Positions 24,753 to 36,973 of a stretch of 64,000 nt of DNA are shown here, one piece after another; the first letter of the stretch is position 1; every line of letters begins with the position of its first letter. Origin of the DNA: Camelus dromedarius. Its lineage: Eukaryota. The DNA is taken from positions 41,046,001 through 41,110,000 of the forward strand of contig NC_087447.1 of the NCBI RefSeq assembly GCF_036321535.1, written 5' to 3'. A program made the translations under genes and the position numbers. The notes beneath the pieces were generated by a model, which saw nothing but the letters and a program-made list of their open reading frames with translations, did not search any database and was not told the origin of the DNA.

Positions 24753-26955
24753 CTGTACTGAGATATAATTCACATACCATACAATTCACCCATTTAAAGT
24801 GTAAATTCAGTGGTTTTTAATGTGTTCACAGAGTTGTGCAACCATCACCACAACAACTGTTAAAACATTTTCTAACCCCAAAAGAAACCCTATCCCATTA
24901 GCACCTGCTTCCCATCCCTCCCTCTCCTTTACCTCCTGGAAGCCACTAATCTACTTTCCGTCTCAATGAATTTGAGACACTTCATATAAATGGAATAATA
25001 CAGCCCTTTGTGTCTGGCTTCTTTAACTTACAATGTTTTCAAGGTTCATATATGTTATCTCCTGTATCAATACTTCCTTTCTATGGCTGAATAATAGTAA
25101 ATTGTAGTGATAGCCCACATTTTGTTTATCCATTGGTAGACATTTGAATTGTTTCCATTTTTTGGCTATTATGAATAATGTTGCTATGAACATTTGTGTA
25201 CAAGTTTTTGTGTGGACATATCTTTTCATTTATTTTGATTGTATACCTAGGAGTGGAATTTTGTTTAACAAAACATTTAACCTTTTGAAGAACTGACAGA
25301 CTGTTCTACAAAGTGGCTGTACCATTCTATATTCCCACCAGAGTGTAGGAGGGTTGCATTTTATCCACATCCTCATCTACATCAGTTTCTTTTTATTACA
25401 ACCAACCGAGTGGATGTGAAGTGGTATCCAATCATGGTTTTGATTTGCATTTTCCTGATGACTGATGATGATGATCATCTTTTCACATACTTATCGACTA
25501 TTTGTAAATCTCTCATGAGATATACTACTCAAATCCTTTGCCCGTTTTAAAATTGGGTTATTTATCATCGTTATTATTGAGTTGTAAGAGGCCTTTATAT
25601 ATTTTAGATGCAAATCTCTTATCAGAAATGATTTACAGATCTTCTTCCCCATTCAGTGGGCTGACTTTTCACTTTGTTGATAGTGTCTTTTGAAGCACAA
25701 ATGCTTTTAATTTTGATGAAGTCCAATATATCTATTTTTTGCTTTTGTTCCATGTGCTTTCAAAGAATGTATTGCCTAATCCAAGGTCATGCTGCTATGT
25801 TTTCCTTTTAAGAGTTTACAGTTTTAGCTCTTAAATTTAGGTCCTTGATCTATTTTTAAATAATTTTTGTATATGATATGAGGTAGGCCCCCAACTTCAT
25901 TCTTTTGCATCTGGATGTCCCAGCACCATTTGAAGAAAAGATCAGTCTTTCCCCCGTTGAACTGTTTTGGCATCCTTGTCAAAAATCTATTGACCATAAA
26001 TGTCAGAGAGTTTATTTCTGGGATCTCAGTTCTATTCCATTGATCCATACGTCTACCTTATGCCAATATCACAATGTCTGTAGCTTTGTAGTAAGTTTTG
26101 AAATTGGGAAGTATGAGTCCTCTAACTTTGTTCTTTTTCAAGATTGTTTTGCCTAGCATGACCCCTTGAATTTCCATATGATTTTAGGATTAGCTTGTCA
26201 GTTTCTTCAAGAAAGACAGCTGGGATCATAAGGATTGTGTTGAATCTATAAACTAGTTTTGGAATATTGCCATTTTAACAATATTAAGTCTTCTGACCCA
26301 TGAACATGGGATATCTTTCCATTTATCTAGATCTTCTGTAGTTCTAACAATGTTTTGTAGTTTTCCAAGTATAAATTTTTCATTTAAAAAAAAAACCATG
26401 AACTTTTTTATGTTATTATAAATGGAATTGTTTTTCTTAATTTCCTTTTTTGGACTGGTCATTATAAGTGTGTAGAAATACAATAGATTTTTGTTTATTA
26501 ATCTTGTATCCTGAAATCTCACTGAAGTTATTTATTAGTTCTAACCATTTTTAGTTGGTTCCTTAGGATTTTCTATATACAGGATCATGCCATGTGTGAA
26601 TACATATAATCTTACTTCTTCTTTTCCAATATGAATGACTTTTATTTCTTTTTCTTACCTAATTGCCCTGGCTAGAACCTCTAGTACAATGTTGAATAGA
26701 AGTTGTGAAAGGGAATATCTTTGTCTTGTTTCTGATCTTAGGGGGAAAGCATTCAGGGTTTCACCATTAAGTAACATGTGGAGTTTCATAGCTGCACTTT
26801 ATCAAGGTAAAGAAGTTTCTGTCTATTCCTAACTTGTTTTTATCATGAAGGAGTGCTGGATCTTGTCAAATGCTTTTTCTGCATCTATTGAGTTGATCAT
26901 GTGGTTTTTGTCCTTTAGTCTATTGATATGGTATATTAATTGATTTTCAAATGTT
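24748..26955 (-). mobile_element. LINE-1 (L1MB-like) 3' half of ORF2 + 3'UTR, decayed
   Basis: ORF fragments MDQWNRTEIPEIN, DLDKWKDIPCSWVRRLNIVKMAI and MKRYVHTKTCTQMFIATLFIIAKKWKQ are L1 ORF2 signatures. Confidence 0.95.
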
Positions 26956-27039
26956 AAAATATGTGTTGTTTTAAGCCACTAATTTTCTGATAATGCTATG
27001 CAGCACAGAAAACTAACACAGCTACAGAATCATAATACT

Positions 27040-27270
27040 TATAATAAACATTTATTGAATACTTATTACATGTCAAGAACTATTTAAGTGCTCCCCATTA
27101 GTAACTCATTTAATTCTCAAAAGAACATTAGAAGAAACCACTATTATTATCCCCATTTTACAGATGAGGGACAGAAGGTTCAGAACAGTTAAGTACCCTA
27201 CCCATAACCAGGTTCATTCGTAGTAGAAGTAAAATTTGAACCTAGACAGTTTGGCTCCGAATTTATGCTT
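27040..27270 (-). mobile_element. MIR SINE
   Basis: aacatttattgaatactta ... ctattattatccccattttacagatgagg. Confidence 0.8.
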
Positions 27271-27769
27271 CTAAGTAATAAGGACTTCTCTTGAAACCAT
27301 CCAGCCAATGGCTTAAGTGAGCACTGAAGAACAAGCTCTCCCCACTAACTGCAGCCCTAAGGAGACTGATCTATAATAGCAGCATTCCCCAGAGCCAAAG
27401 ACACTGCCATCTGAGTAGCTGTCTATAGAGCCACTCAAAAAGTCAGGTTTAAATCCTCTAGAAATGTAACAAGATGTTTAAAAAATATTTATTTGTTGAA
27501 ACAGCTCTTAGAAAGAGCCATTCAGAGAACAACTTGGAATGGAAGGCAGGACCTCCCAGAGGCATCTCCAGTAATATGTCGAGAGGGTAGCAAACCTGCA
27601 TTCTGAGGAGGGAGGGCCTGTAACTGCAGGGTCTTGTTTTGCTGAGGATGTTAAGAGAGTCTAGGCCAGAGCTGAACTGCTTGAGACATCAGAGGAGAAA
27701 CTGCACCGGTCCAGCGCTTTTTGACTCTGCTCTTTCTCAAAGCTACACTCAGCTTCATCTCTAACTAAA

Positions 27770-27858
27770 TGTTGAACAAATATTTAAAGAATATTTTGTT
27801 GGAGAGGCATCAAATTTCCAGCCTGCCTGGGGTGCCCACATGTCTCAGTCCAGCCCTG
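27770..27858. mobile_element. MER91-like hAT-Tip100 fragment
   Basis: cagcctgcctggggtgcccacatgtctcagtccagccctg terminus as recalled for MER91. Confidence 0.6.
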
Positions 27859-28199
27859 CCTCCCTCCATTAGAATACAGCGAAGCTAAAGGCTCTGAAAC
27901 CAATCTCAGTAATTAGCAAGAGTTAAGCTTTGCTCTGTGTCCACAAACAGTATGGATTGTGGTGTTTCTGCTTAGCTGATCGGAAAATTCTAACACTTTG
28001 GCTTCAGTGTTTTCAGCAGCTTATAGCTGAGCATTCATTAATTATGCAAAACAGGCTTCAGGGGACCTATTCTATTGAGTTAATTAATATCGAGTGTTGC
28101 TAGCCAATTAGCAGCCTTCTCTCTTATTGCGGGAAGGCTGCTGTGGGACATGCCAGGCAGGGCTGGCCCCCCTCACACTTCTCCTCTGTCCCATCTATT

Positions 28200-29740
28200 C
28201 CCCTTCCATGGCAGCAGTCAGGAGCACATTTGATCTGCGAGGCCACAGGCATGGACTTTGTCTCCACCCCTGGGCCTACTTTCATCCTGGACCATTTCAA
28301 TGTCCATTTAGACCTGGCATCTTAAAGTGCGGTCTATGGACCAGCAGAACCATCATCACTGAGCTTGCTTATTGAAACGTAGAATCCCACCCCAGACTTC
28401 ATGTGTCAGAATCTGTACTTTAGCAAAACCCCTTAGTGACCCACATGCATATTATATTGAGAACTGACATAGAAGACCCATCCAAGACCCTGGCCCTTTT
28501 TAATCCAAACACCTCCTGCTCATTTACTCTACCCACCAGAGACGTCCATTAACATATCTAGAACCTGGCCTTTCTTCCACCTCTGTAATCTTCCCATCCT
28601 GTCTTGCTGTCTGACCATTTTAAAAGTCCTACATGCAAATCTCTGATTCTCTTACTTTGAATCCATACCTAATGGAGACCTCCAGTCCACTGGCCATGTT
28701 GTAATCTCCCAATCTCTCTGTCACCTTGTAGCCTCCTTTCTTTCTCCGTGATGAGCATTTTAATTGTTCTCTCTTCACGAAGCTCAATTCTCCAGCCCCA
28801 TGTGGATCCTGTTACAAATGGTAAGGCTTCTGTGCTGCTGGGAAATCCACGTGTCCCTAGAAGCTTTCTCCCCAATTCCAGCCACTATTCCAAACTGTTA
28901 CCCGTGTTTTCAAGTTCCTCACCTCATCAGTTAGAAAGCTCTGTAGAGCTTTCGAATACTATATTCAACTCCCTACCAAAGGACATGTCTACAAGATGAC
29001 CCTCAGACACCAGAAACTTGTGTCCCACCTGCATCTCTCCCATTCCACTTCCAAGCCTTTCCAATCTCAGAGAGAGAGACCACCATCCATCCTGAAGCCA
29101 AGGCAGAAATTTAGGAGTCAGTTCTGCCCATTTTCTCTCTCTTTCTTTACCTCCTGTTCCCTGCCTTCTCCCCATCTAGTCTCCCAGTCTCCCAGATCTC
29201 CCAACTTCTCTCTGTCCCCATTGCTACTGTCTTAATTCAGACCCTTGTCTTTTCTCCTTTAATCATTGAAATATCCATATAAGACTCTCTGTCATCTATC
29301 AACCCCTTCTCAATCAATCCATCTTCTATATTATTTTGCCAGGGTGAGATTCCCAAAATGTGTATCTGATGATGATTCCAAGCCCTACTGATCAGCTTCT
29401 TCAATGGTTCCCCAAAGTCTTCAGGATAAAGTTGAAACTCTGCCCTCATAGCTCCTAGCTACCTTCTTATTACTCATCCACTACCACTCCCTGTGCCCTC
29501 CCACCACAGCCCCTGCACTCCCGGAGAGTTTATCAGGTCCTACTGATCTATTGGAAACCCCTCAAATGCAGCATGCAATTTCCTGTCACCAACAATGACA
29601 AATCCTGTTCCTTCCAACTCAAATATCTTTCTTCTTCTGGTTAACTGCTACTCATCTTATAAAACTCATCTCTAGTTTTGTCTCCTCTGAAAGATTTTTT
29701 GACCATCCTTCCAGCAATGTGATGCCCTTTCCATGCGCTA
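28200..29740 (+). mobile_element. LINE-2 decayed ORF2/3' region, with a MER5-like insert at about 28310-28470
   Basis: Pyrimidine-rich; ccaccatccatcctgaagccaaggcagaaatttaggagtc; tcaatggttccccaaagtcttcaggataaagttgaaactc; MER5-like aaagtgcggtctatggaccagcagaaccatcatcac. Confidence 0.7.
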
Positions 29741-29744
29741 TTTA

Positions 29745-29975
29745 ATAATAATGTTGTAAATAACTGAGTGCTTTCCCAAGTGTCTATTCTAAGTACCTTA
29801 CCTGTTTAATCTCATTTAATCCTCATAATAACCCTATGAAGAGTTATTATTATTACCCTTATTTTATAATGAGGAGACTGAGGTTCAAAGAGGATAAGTA
29901 ACTAGACTGAGGTCATATTGCAAATGCAGGTTTCAAAGCAAGGTCTCTGTGACTCCAAAGCCCAACCACCATGTT
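29745..29975 (-). mobile_element. MIR SINE
   Basis: atctcatttaatcctcataataaccctatga ... gaggagactgaggttcaaagagg. Confidence 0.85.
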
Positions 29976-30183
29976 ATATACCACCATGCTCCATGGCACT
30001 GAGCCCGCTTTTACGAGAACTTTTATCATGATGTCTCTTAGCCTCTGGTCACACATTTGTCTCTACTTGCCCCTCTTAAAAAAGGCAGTAAGTTGTTTGA
30101 AATGAGGGACTAGGCCTTTCTTATTTGTGCATCCCCCATGCAGACCACAGGGCTGTACATATTAGCTGTGCAATGAACATGAG

Positions 30184-30543
30184 GGTATTAGTCAGCTTGG
30201 GCTGCCATACCAATTATTAGAGACTGGATGGCTTAGATAAAAAAAAATTTATTTTCACAGGGTGCAAAGCCCAAGATCAAGGTTCTGGAAGGGCTCATTT
30301 TCTGATGAGAGCTCTCTTCCTGGCTTGCAAATGGCTACCTTTTCCCTGTGTCCTTACATAATGGAGAGAGAGACAGAGATCTCTGGCATCTCTTCCTCTT
30401 TTGTAAGGACACTAATTCTATCAGATCAGGACTCCTCCCTAACCTTAATTACCTCCTCAAAGGCCCTGTCTTCAATACAATCAACGTGAGGGTTTAATGC
30501 TTCCACCTATAAACTGGGGGAGGACACAACATAGCCCATAGCG
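30184..30543 (-). mobile_element. MLT1A-like MaLR solo LTR
   Basis: gtattagtcagcttgggctgccata ... ccaagatcaagg ... ggacacaacatagcccatagc. Confidence 0.85.
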
Positions 30544-31269
30544 ATGAGCTCCACCCCTCCCCCTCCGCTGTTTCAGTGATTGTACAGCATAAATCCCAAT
30601 ACCGGAGGAGACTGTGCGGCTTAGATGCTCAGTTATTGGAAGTACCTGAGATGATCACAGGAAAACACCACAGAGGATATTGAAGGGGATATATATAGAT
30701 ATACAGATACATATATTGAAAGGATGTCAAGAGCATTTCTGATTGGAGGAAGAAGATGCAGGAATAAGGTGGAACAGTGCAGTCAAAGTCACAGACGAGT
30801 GTTGACCTGAGCCCCTGATTCTCCATCAAAACACCTTACTATAGAGGAATTAAATTAGAAAACACGTGAAACAGCCTGCAAATTCCTCCCCTGACTGCAA
30901 CACCACTGGTGGCACCAGTGCATATTAAAAGATCAAATTTAATGAAACTTTACTATGCAAATGCACTGTACTAAGTACTGTACGTACACTAACTGATTTA
31001 ATCCTCACATTAAGTCCAAGGAGGAGGGTAAATGCTGTGTTGTGTGCTTTGGATTGGAATGATAATGCTTGCAGTCTTAACGGTTTATTTCCCTGTTGTC
31101 CTTCCTCAGTAGACTCTTTAAAACCAAAGATGGAGTTTACATCTACTTCTGAGCCAAGCTTCAAAGAGAAATAGCTTCCCCAATTCACTTCTGAATCCAA
31201 AACTAAAAGGAAGGTGTTAACTAAGAATTACAGTGAGGAACCCTCCCAATAATTGTGATAATAGCTAGA

Positions 31270-31490
31270 ATTTATTGCACCCTTTTCTATAATTTAAGAG
31301 TTTTACATATATTTAATCTTCACTACAATCCATGAGGTGGCTGCTATTAAAATTAGGGAAGTAGGGCTGAGAGCGGTTAAATAACTTGCCCAAATTCAAA
31401 CAGTTAGGGATGGAGCCAAAATTCCAGTACAGGCAGTCTGGCTCCAGCCCACACAGACTCCAGGCCGCTAGGCAATGCTGCTTCCTCCAA
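31270..31490 (-). mobile_element. MIR SINE
   Basis: tttaatcttcactacaatccatgagg ... gagcggttaaataacttgccca ... aggcagtctggctccag. Confidence 0.75.
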
Positions 31491-31502
31491 GGTGAGACTC
31501 AA

Positions 31503-32158
31503 TGTGAAAATGAGCAAGACCCTGAGGGGCCTTCCCAGGGACAGACAACCACTCTGGCCTGACTGCCTCTTATTTATAGAAAAGCTTTAGCCTCCTAGGC
31601 CTTCCCCAAGCTCCAAAGAGCAAATTTAATCAGAGAAATGAGAAAATACAGAAACAAAGGAAAATAGTCAAGCAGGACAAAATAATAATAGTTTAGCCAT
31701 AAAACAAAGTCGAGGACTTTAAGTTCCTCCTCAAGGGCTATAGTTAATATCCTAAGCCATATTCTTGAGTTGTTTTGCAGATAATAAAACCCCCACCAGG
31801 TGAAGGAAGTTAACTGCATGCTGACCACCAGCATGTAGACCCCAGACCAGTTAGAACCAGGTTGATGACTGATATTCCCAAAACACCAACCTGTTACCTC
31901 AACATCAACCAATCAGAGAACTGAGCACAAGCTGATTACACACTGCCCGACCCTCTTCCTCACCTTGCTTTTAAAAACCCCTCCCTGAAAGCCATTGGGG
32001 AGTTTATGTCTTTTGAGCATGAGCTGCCCATTCTCCCTGTTTGGCCCCATGTTGGGCATGTTGCCATAAACGCTGTACTTTGCTTCACCACAACCCAGTG
32101 TCAGGAGATTGGCTTTACTGTGCATCGGGCAAGTGGACCCAAATTTGGCTCTGTAACA
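31503..32158 (+). mobile_element. ERV1-type solo LTR (cetartiodactyl family, about 655 bp)
   Basis: TG...CA ends (tgtgaaaatg ... ctctgtaaca); CCAAT box aaccaatcag at about 31907; tttaaaa TATA-like at about 31969; degenerate polyA signal cataaa at about 32065; U5 gggcaagtggaccc. Confidence 0.85.
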
Positions 32159-32628
32159 AAAGAAGCCGGGTCACCTCTGGTCGCTCAGGCATCTCTTGCA
32201 AGTAACACTCTTCCCTGAGTGCATGGACCAACTTCAGAAATTTTGTTCTAACAAGCAGAGCCCTCCTGGGCACAGCTCACCCTCTGCACACAAACGAGAG
32301 CTGTCCACATGCCAGGCTGAGCTGGCCAGGCAGCCTCTGACACATCTTAGAACACCTGCTGGTAATAAATACCATGAAAAAACCAAACTGAAATATAACT
32401 GCCCTGATGCTGAGAGGGAATGGGAGGAGCTGTGGCATTGTCATGGGAAATCCGTCCTGCTGAATTTTTCATATTTCTCCTGAGAAAGTGAGACAACCCG
32501 AACCTCCCTGGGAATGAAATGAAGGGACCTGAAGCAAAGACTCAGTGTCCTGGTCACACCCCATTATGGTGACCAGTTCAGGCAGCAGGTGGTGACATTA
32601 ATGCACAATTTCCACAGTTAATTTGAAG

Positions 32629-32662
32629 ATTCATTGCTCTCTCTCCAGTGAGCATGTGTGTT

Positions 32663-32704
<42 letters not shown>

Positions 32705-32737
32705 TTCATCGCTCTCTCTCCAGTGAGCATGTGTGCT

Positions 32738-32772
<35 letters not shown>
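32629..32772. repeat. 75-bp-period tandem duplication, each unit ending in a (CA)n tract
   Basis: attcat(t/c)gctctctctccagtgagcatgtgtg(t/c)tcata+(CA)n at 32629 and 32704. Confidence 0.92.
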
Positions 32773-32774
<2 letters not shown>

Positions 32775-34679
32775 CTCAAAGCACAAAGGGTTTGGTTGGC
32801 CTCCAGGTCCATTTCCTGGAGCAGCATTTCCCATGGGGTGTTCTGTCGACCCTCATGTCGAGGAAGGTTAATAGGCTTGGGGCTGACATGGGGTCCTCTG
32901 CTCTGATCATTTGGGCAATGCTGGGTTAAGCAAAGTTAGCTGATTTTCACAGGACTCCTCAGGGCCTTGGATGTGTTCACGTGGGCTATGAGTCTTCAAG
33001 AGCAGGACAGAGTGTGCAGACGTGACCCAGGTCCTTTGACTGCTGGTGTTGCAGGGAACGTACTGTGCGAACTGCTCTCTACAGCAGAAGCCTCGCTCTT
33101 CTCTCCTCAAAGCCCCAGATGCTGAGCTGGCTCCCTGAAGATTCTGCCCAGCCCAGCTCCACAGCCAACCTGACTAGGGCAGGAAGACATTCATGCTCTC
33201 AGCCTCTCCGACGGGGCCTCAGGGTTAGGTGCCCACTGAGCATAACTTGCCCTTGCTTCTGACCTGCTCCCTCACCACGGGTGCTCTCAGGCCCGACATC
33301 TGGGCTCCAGTTTCTCTGCCCATCACTTCATTTCTATGCTGGACTTGAACCCTGTCCTCAACCCCACCCCATTAGGTGGGATCCTGACCCTCGCCCCTCT
33401 TTTGCCACTCCCTCCCCAGGGGGCTGTGTTCTGCAACCAGATGGCCCTGCTTCTTCCTGGGAGTCACCTGCAACTGGAATGTTCGAGCAGAGTACCACTG
33501 CCTCTCTGTCCGCGTGACCTCATGTACTGTCTACCACTTGGGTGGTGACCACCATCAGGCCCCACCACGGACCCTGGCATGTTGTCTATTGTATAGGTCC
33601 AAGTAAGGCAAACCTCTTGGCCTTTGGATGACAGAATATCCACTACTCGCACTGGCACCAGACTCACGGCCAAGCCACATGCCAGTCCCCAAGCCCACCC
33701 AGTGCTACCTACTGGCCAGTCCCCACTGGTCTGTTGCTGAGGTCTTGGCATGCTCAGTGGCCAAGCACTTCCCAAGTTGTGAATAGGAACCTGGTGTTTT
33801 TTAAGACAATGTCCCCATCACATCAAAGGTCAACAAGACACACAGCTGAGGTTATAGGCTTAAGAACAAGGCACAAATCATGAGAATTACTGGGGCTTCC
33901 CTTGGGCATGGTGCTGGCTGAGTGGTGTGGAGCTCATTCTGATGGTTTAGACTTTCTGGGAAGAATAGGACCATTATATTACATCAGTAGTTCCAGGCAT
34001 TTGGATTTTATGGACCATTATAATTTCAAAAACGCTCTTTGGGAGACTTTATAAGGTTGGCAACCAAATAAGGAACAATAAAAACATAACAATAAACTGT
34101 TACCACCATCATTTCATATAATAAGCTATCTATTAACACCAAAAAATAGTAGGGACAACAATCCCAGGATTTGAAAAGTGAGTTCTGTGGAGAACTTCTA
34201 CACTGTCCTTCTCCTCCCCTGGTCTTCCTGAAGGGAGAAGGTGCAGTCCCAGGACCCACAAGGCCCTCCCCCTCCCACAAAGGATGCTGTTGTCCTCAGC
34301 CTGGGGCTTCTGCCAGCACCTGCTCTACCTCCTGCAGGCTGGAGCCCAAGCCTGCAGTATCCAAGCTGAACCAACAGACCGGGCCTGATTATTTTAGTAA
34401 ACTTTGGGAGTTTAGTAAATAAATGTGTCATCGAGACCCAGGGAGGTTCCCTGAGCCAGGCCCAACTCCAAGATGGCCTGTCCCACAGGCTGTAGGGAAG
34501 ACCAGCCTTCTCACCCTCTGGGCCATGAGAAAGCAATAAGCCACATGAGGGTAGGGATCCTGTCCACAGCGTTCTTCACTGTGGGACCAAAACCAAGCAC
34601 AAAGCCTGGCCCAGGTGAGATACGCAGTAAATATTAATGGTCAGGGCTATAAAAACACACCTTTTAGGTAGTCAGAGAA

Positions 34680-34940
34680 ATATGAATGTTGACTATGAAT
34701 TAGATGACACCAAGAAATTATTGTTAATTTTGTTAAGTGTGATAATGACATTGTTGCATAAGAAAACTTCTCTTTTTTGTGTTTTTTAGTGGGGGAGGTG
34801 CAAAATAAAGCAATTTAGGAGATGACGTATCTGAAATTTGCTTTAATACACTCAAGTCTCAGAAAAAAAGGGATGAGGGGGATTAGACCAATGTCTGTGT
34901 GTGTGTGTGTTTGAACATTTTCATAATAAAAACTTTTTTA
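34680..34940 (+). mobile_element. Ancient L1 (L1ME-like) 3' end
   Basis: aattattgttaattttgttaagtgtgataatg ... tctgaaatttgctttaa ... tgtttgaacattttcataataaaa. Confidence 0.7.
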
Positions 34941-35631
34941 AACACTGATGAGGCTGTAAGGTGGGTTTCCCACCAGCTGAGGTGCCCTAACCAGAACTGG
35001 AAGCTGGACCCCCAGCCTGCTGCAACCTTGGGGCCAAGGCCTGCTCTCCCTCCCTTTGGCTCCGCATGAGGCTGGGAGGAGAGATTCCCGCCCTGTGGTG
35101 AGAAAGGACCAGGATTCTCTGCGCACAGCAGCCCGCCCCCAGCCAGGCCCTGGAGCAGCCTGTCCCGGGTGACCCCCTGAGGCTTAGGTGAGCAGTACAG
35201 CTGTCAGAAAAAGTATCCAAAACTTAGAAGTATGGCAAAAGGGTGGGTAGCACACTCTTCCAATGCCACAGAAGGATGACGGGCACCCAAGGCATCTCTA
35301 GGGAATTACGTTTGGTTCAACTCACTATTCACTATTAATTTAGAGTCACAGGTTTAGTAAAGTTAATATTAATTCATTGACTTTGACAACTAGAGATACA
35401 GATAATTACTATCCAGTGAAAAAGGAACCTCCAAAGATTACATTTATGGCTCTACTGGACATTAATCACTTCTGAATGTAACCTGGCAATTTTATCCTAG
35501 CACTTCCTATAAACACCTAGCTTCTGACATGCTCTTTGATCCAGTTTTAACATCTTACTGGGTCCTTCATTCATTAATGTGTAGAATAAAATCTCTGACA
35601 TATGTTCATTTCATATTGGTATGAGAGTGAT

Positions 35632-35794
35632 TTTTTTTAAACATTTTATTTTTTTAATTGTTTTTTGTTTGTTTGCTTGCTTTGTTTGGGGGGTGGTAAT
35701 TTGGTTTATTTATTGTTAATGGAGGTACTGGGGATTGAACCCAGGACCTCGTGCATGCTAGGCATGCCCTCTACCACTGAGCTATACCTTCCCC
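35632..35794 (-). mobile_element. tRNA-derived SINE (Vic-1-like)
   Basis: ggaggtactggggattgaacccaggacctcgtgcatgctaggcatgccctctaccactgagctatacc; TSD tgagagtgat (35622) / tgggagtgat (35795). Confidence 0.92.
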
Positions 35795-36009
35795 TGGGAG
35801 TGATATCTTCTAACCCTTTGAAAATTATACTGTATCAGCAGCATCCTGGGACCTAGCTCCTGTGAGTCAGCTGCTTCCTTTCTGTTGACATGGGAACTCT
35901 GGAGGTGGACCATTTCCACTTTGCACAGCTCCAATCTTTAAAACAACAACAACAAAAATTTCCTTTTATTTAGCTAGATTCTGTCTCTACAGAACTTTCT
36001 TCCTGTGCT

Positions 36010-36210
36010 AATGCAGTGAAAAGAGTGAGAGCTTTGGAGTCAGACAAACCTGGGCTCAAATCCCAGTTCCACCACCTATTAGCTGCTTGACCTCGGGAAA
36101 GGCACCCCCATCCCTGCAGCCCTCCCTTTCCTTATCTCCCTCTTGTGAGAATTAAATGAGATAGTGCATGTAAAGCACTTCACACAGGGCCTAGCATATA
36201 GTAGGTCAGT
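36010..36210 (+). mobile_element. MIR SINE
   Basis: gctttggagtcagacaaacctgggctcaaatcccagttccaccac ... gagaattaaatgagatagtgcatgtaaagcac. Confidence 0.85.
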
Positions 36211-36522
36211 TTATCTTCTCAATCATTTCCTCATTCATTTATCCAGCAAGCATTTACTGAGGCACTGGTGGCGAATGCTGGAGATGCAAATATGCATAAC
36301 AAATAGCTCCCATTCTGAGGATGCATGCAAATTAGTAGGAGAGAAAGAAATGTTTAAAAAGAAATTCTAATACAGCATGATAAGTACAACAAAAGAATCA
36401 TGTACAATGCACAGAGGAGAAAGTGATTAGCTCTGTGGCAGAAGCAGAGGTGGCTGCCAAAGTAGGCTTCCCAGAGCTGGTGATGTCTACTAAGTGTTTT
36501 GAACATAAAGGAGAGTTTTCCT

Positions 36523-36756
36523 AGGGGGCTGGGAGTGGGAAGAGATAGACTGGGATTTCAAAATTGTAGAATAGATAAACAAGATTATACTGCATAGCAC
36601 AGGGAAATATACACAGATCTTACAGTAGCTCACAGAGAAAAAAATGTGACAATGAATATATATATGTTCATGTATGACTGAAAAATTGTGCTCTACACTG
36701 GAATTTGACACAACATTGTAAAATGATTATAAATCAATAAAAAATTTTTTAAAAAA
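36523..36756 (+). mobile_element. 5'-truncated young LINE-1 3' end
   Basis: gatagactgggatttcaaaattgtagaatagataaacaag ... caataaaaaa; TSD agttttcct at 36514-36522 and 36757-36765. Confidence 0.92.
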
Positions 36757-36924
36757 AGTTTTCCTGGCACTCAAGAAAGGCGAGAATGTTACAAAACAGC
36801 ATGGTGGGCCTTACTGGAGTATAAAGAGCAAAAGAAGGGCAGGGAGATGAACTTGGAGAGGTGGTAATGGGAACTGGAATCGGGAAGCAAAGGAGGTTTG
36901 GCTTTCTCCTTAAAAAATTATGAA

Positions 36925-36973
36925 GAAATTGATACAACGTTGTAAACTAACTATACCTCAATTAAAAAAAAAA
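36925..36973 (+). mobile_element. About 50-bp L1 extreme 3' terminus with A-tail
   Basis: gaaattgatacaacgttgtaaactaactatacctcaattaaaaaaaaaa matches the ends of the L1s at 15772 and 18416. Confidence 0.75.

Larger units (their letters stand above)
24306..27020 (+). mobile_element. MLT1 (E-like) LTR split by a 2.2-kb L1 insertion
   Basis: 5' part 24306-24710 ends ...cccacagaaactatgagatgataac; 3' part resumes at about 26960 atgtgttgttttaagccactaa ... gaaaactaacaca. Confidence 0.8.

Noticed and set aside
33464..33775. 103-aa minus-strand ORF in unique sequence
   Set aside because: No recognisable domain or supporting splice or promoter context; length is within chance for GC-rich DNA.
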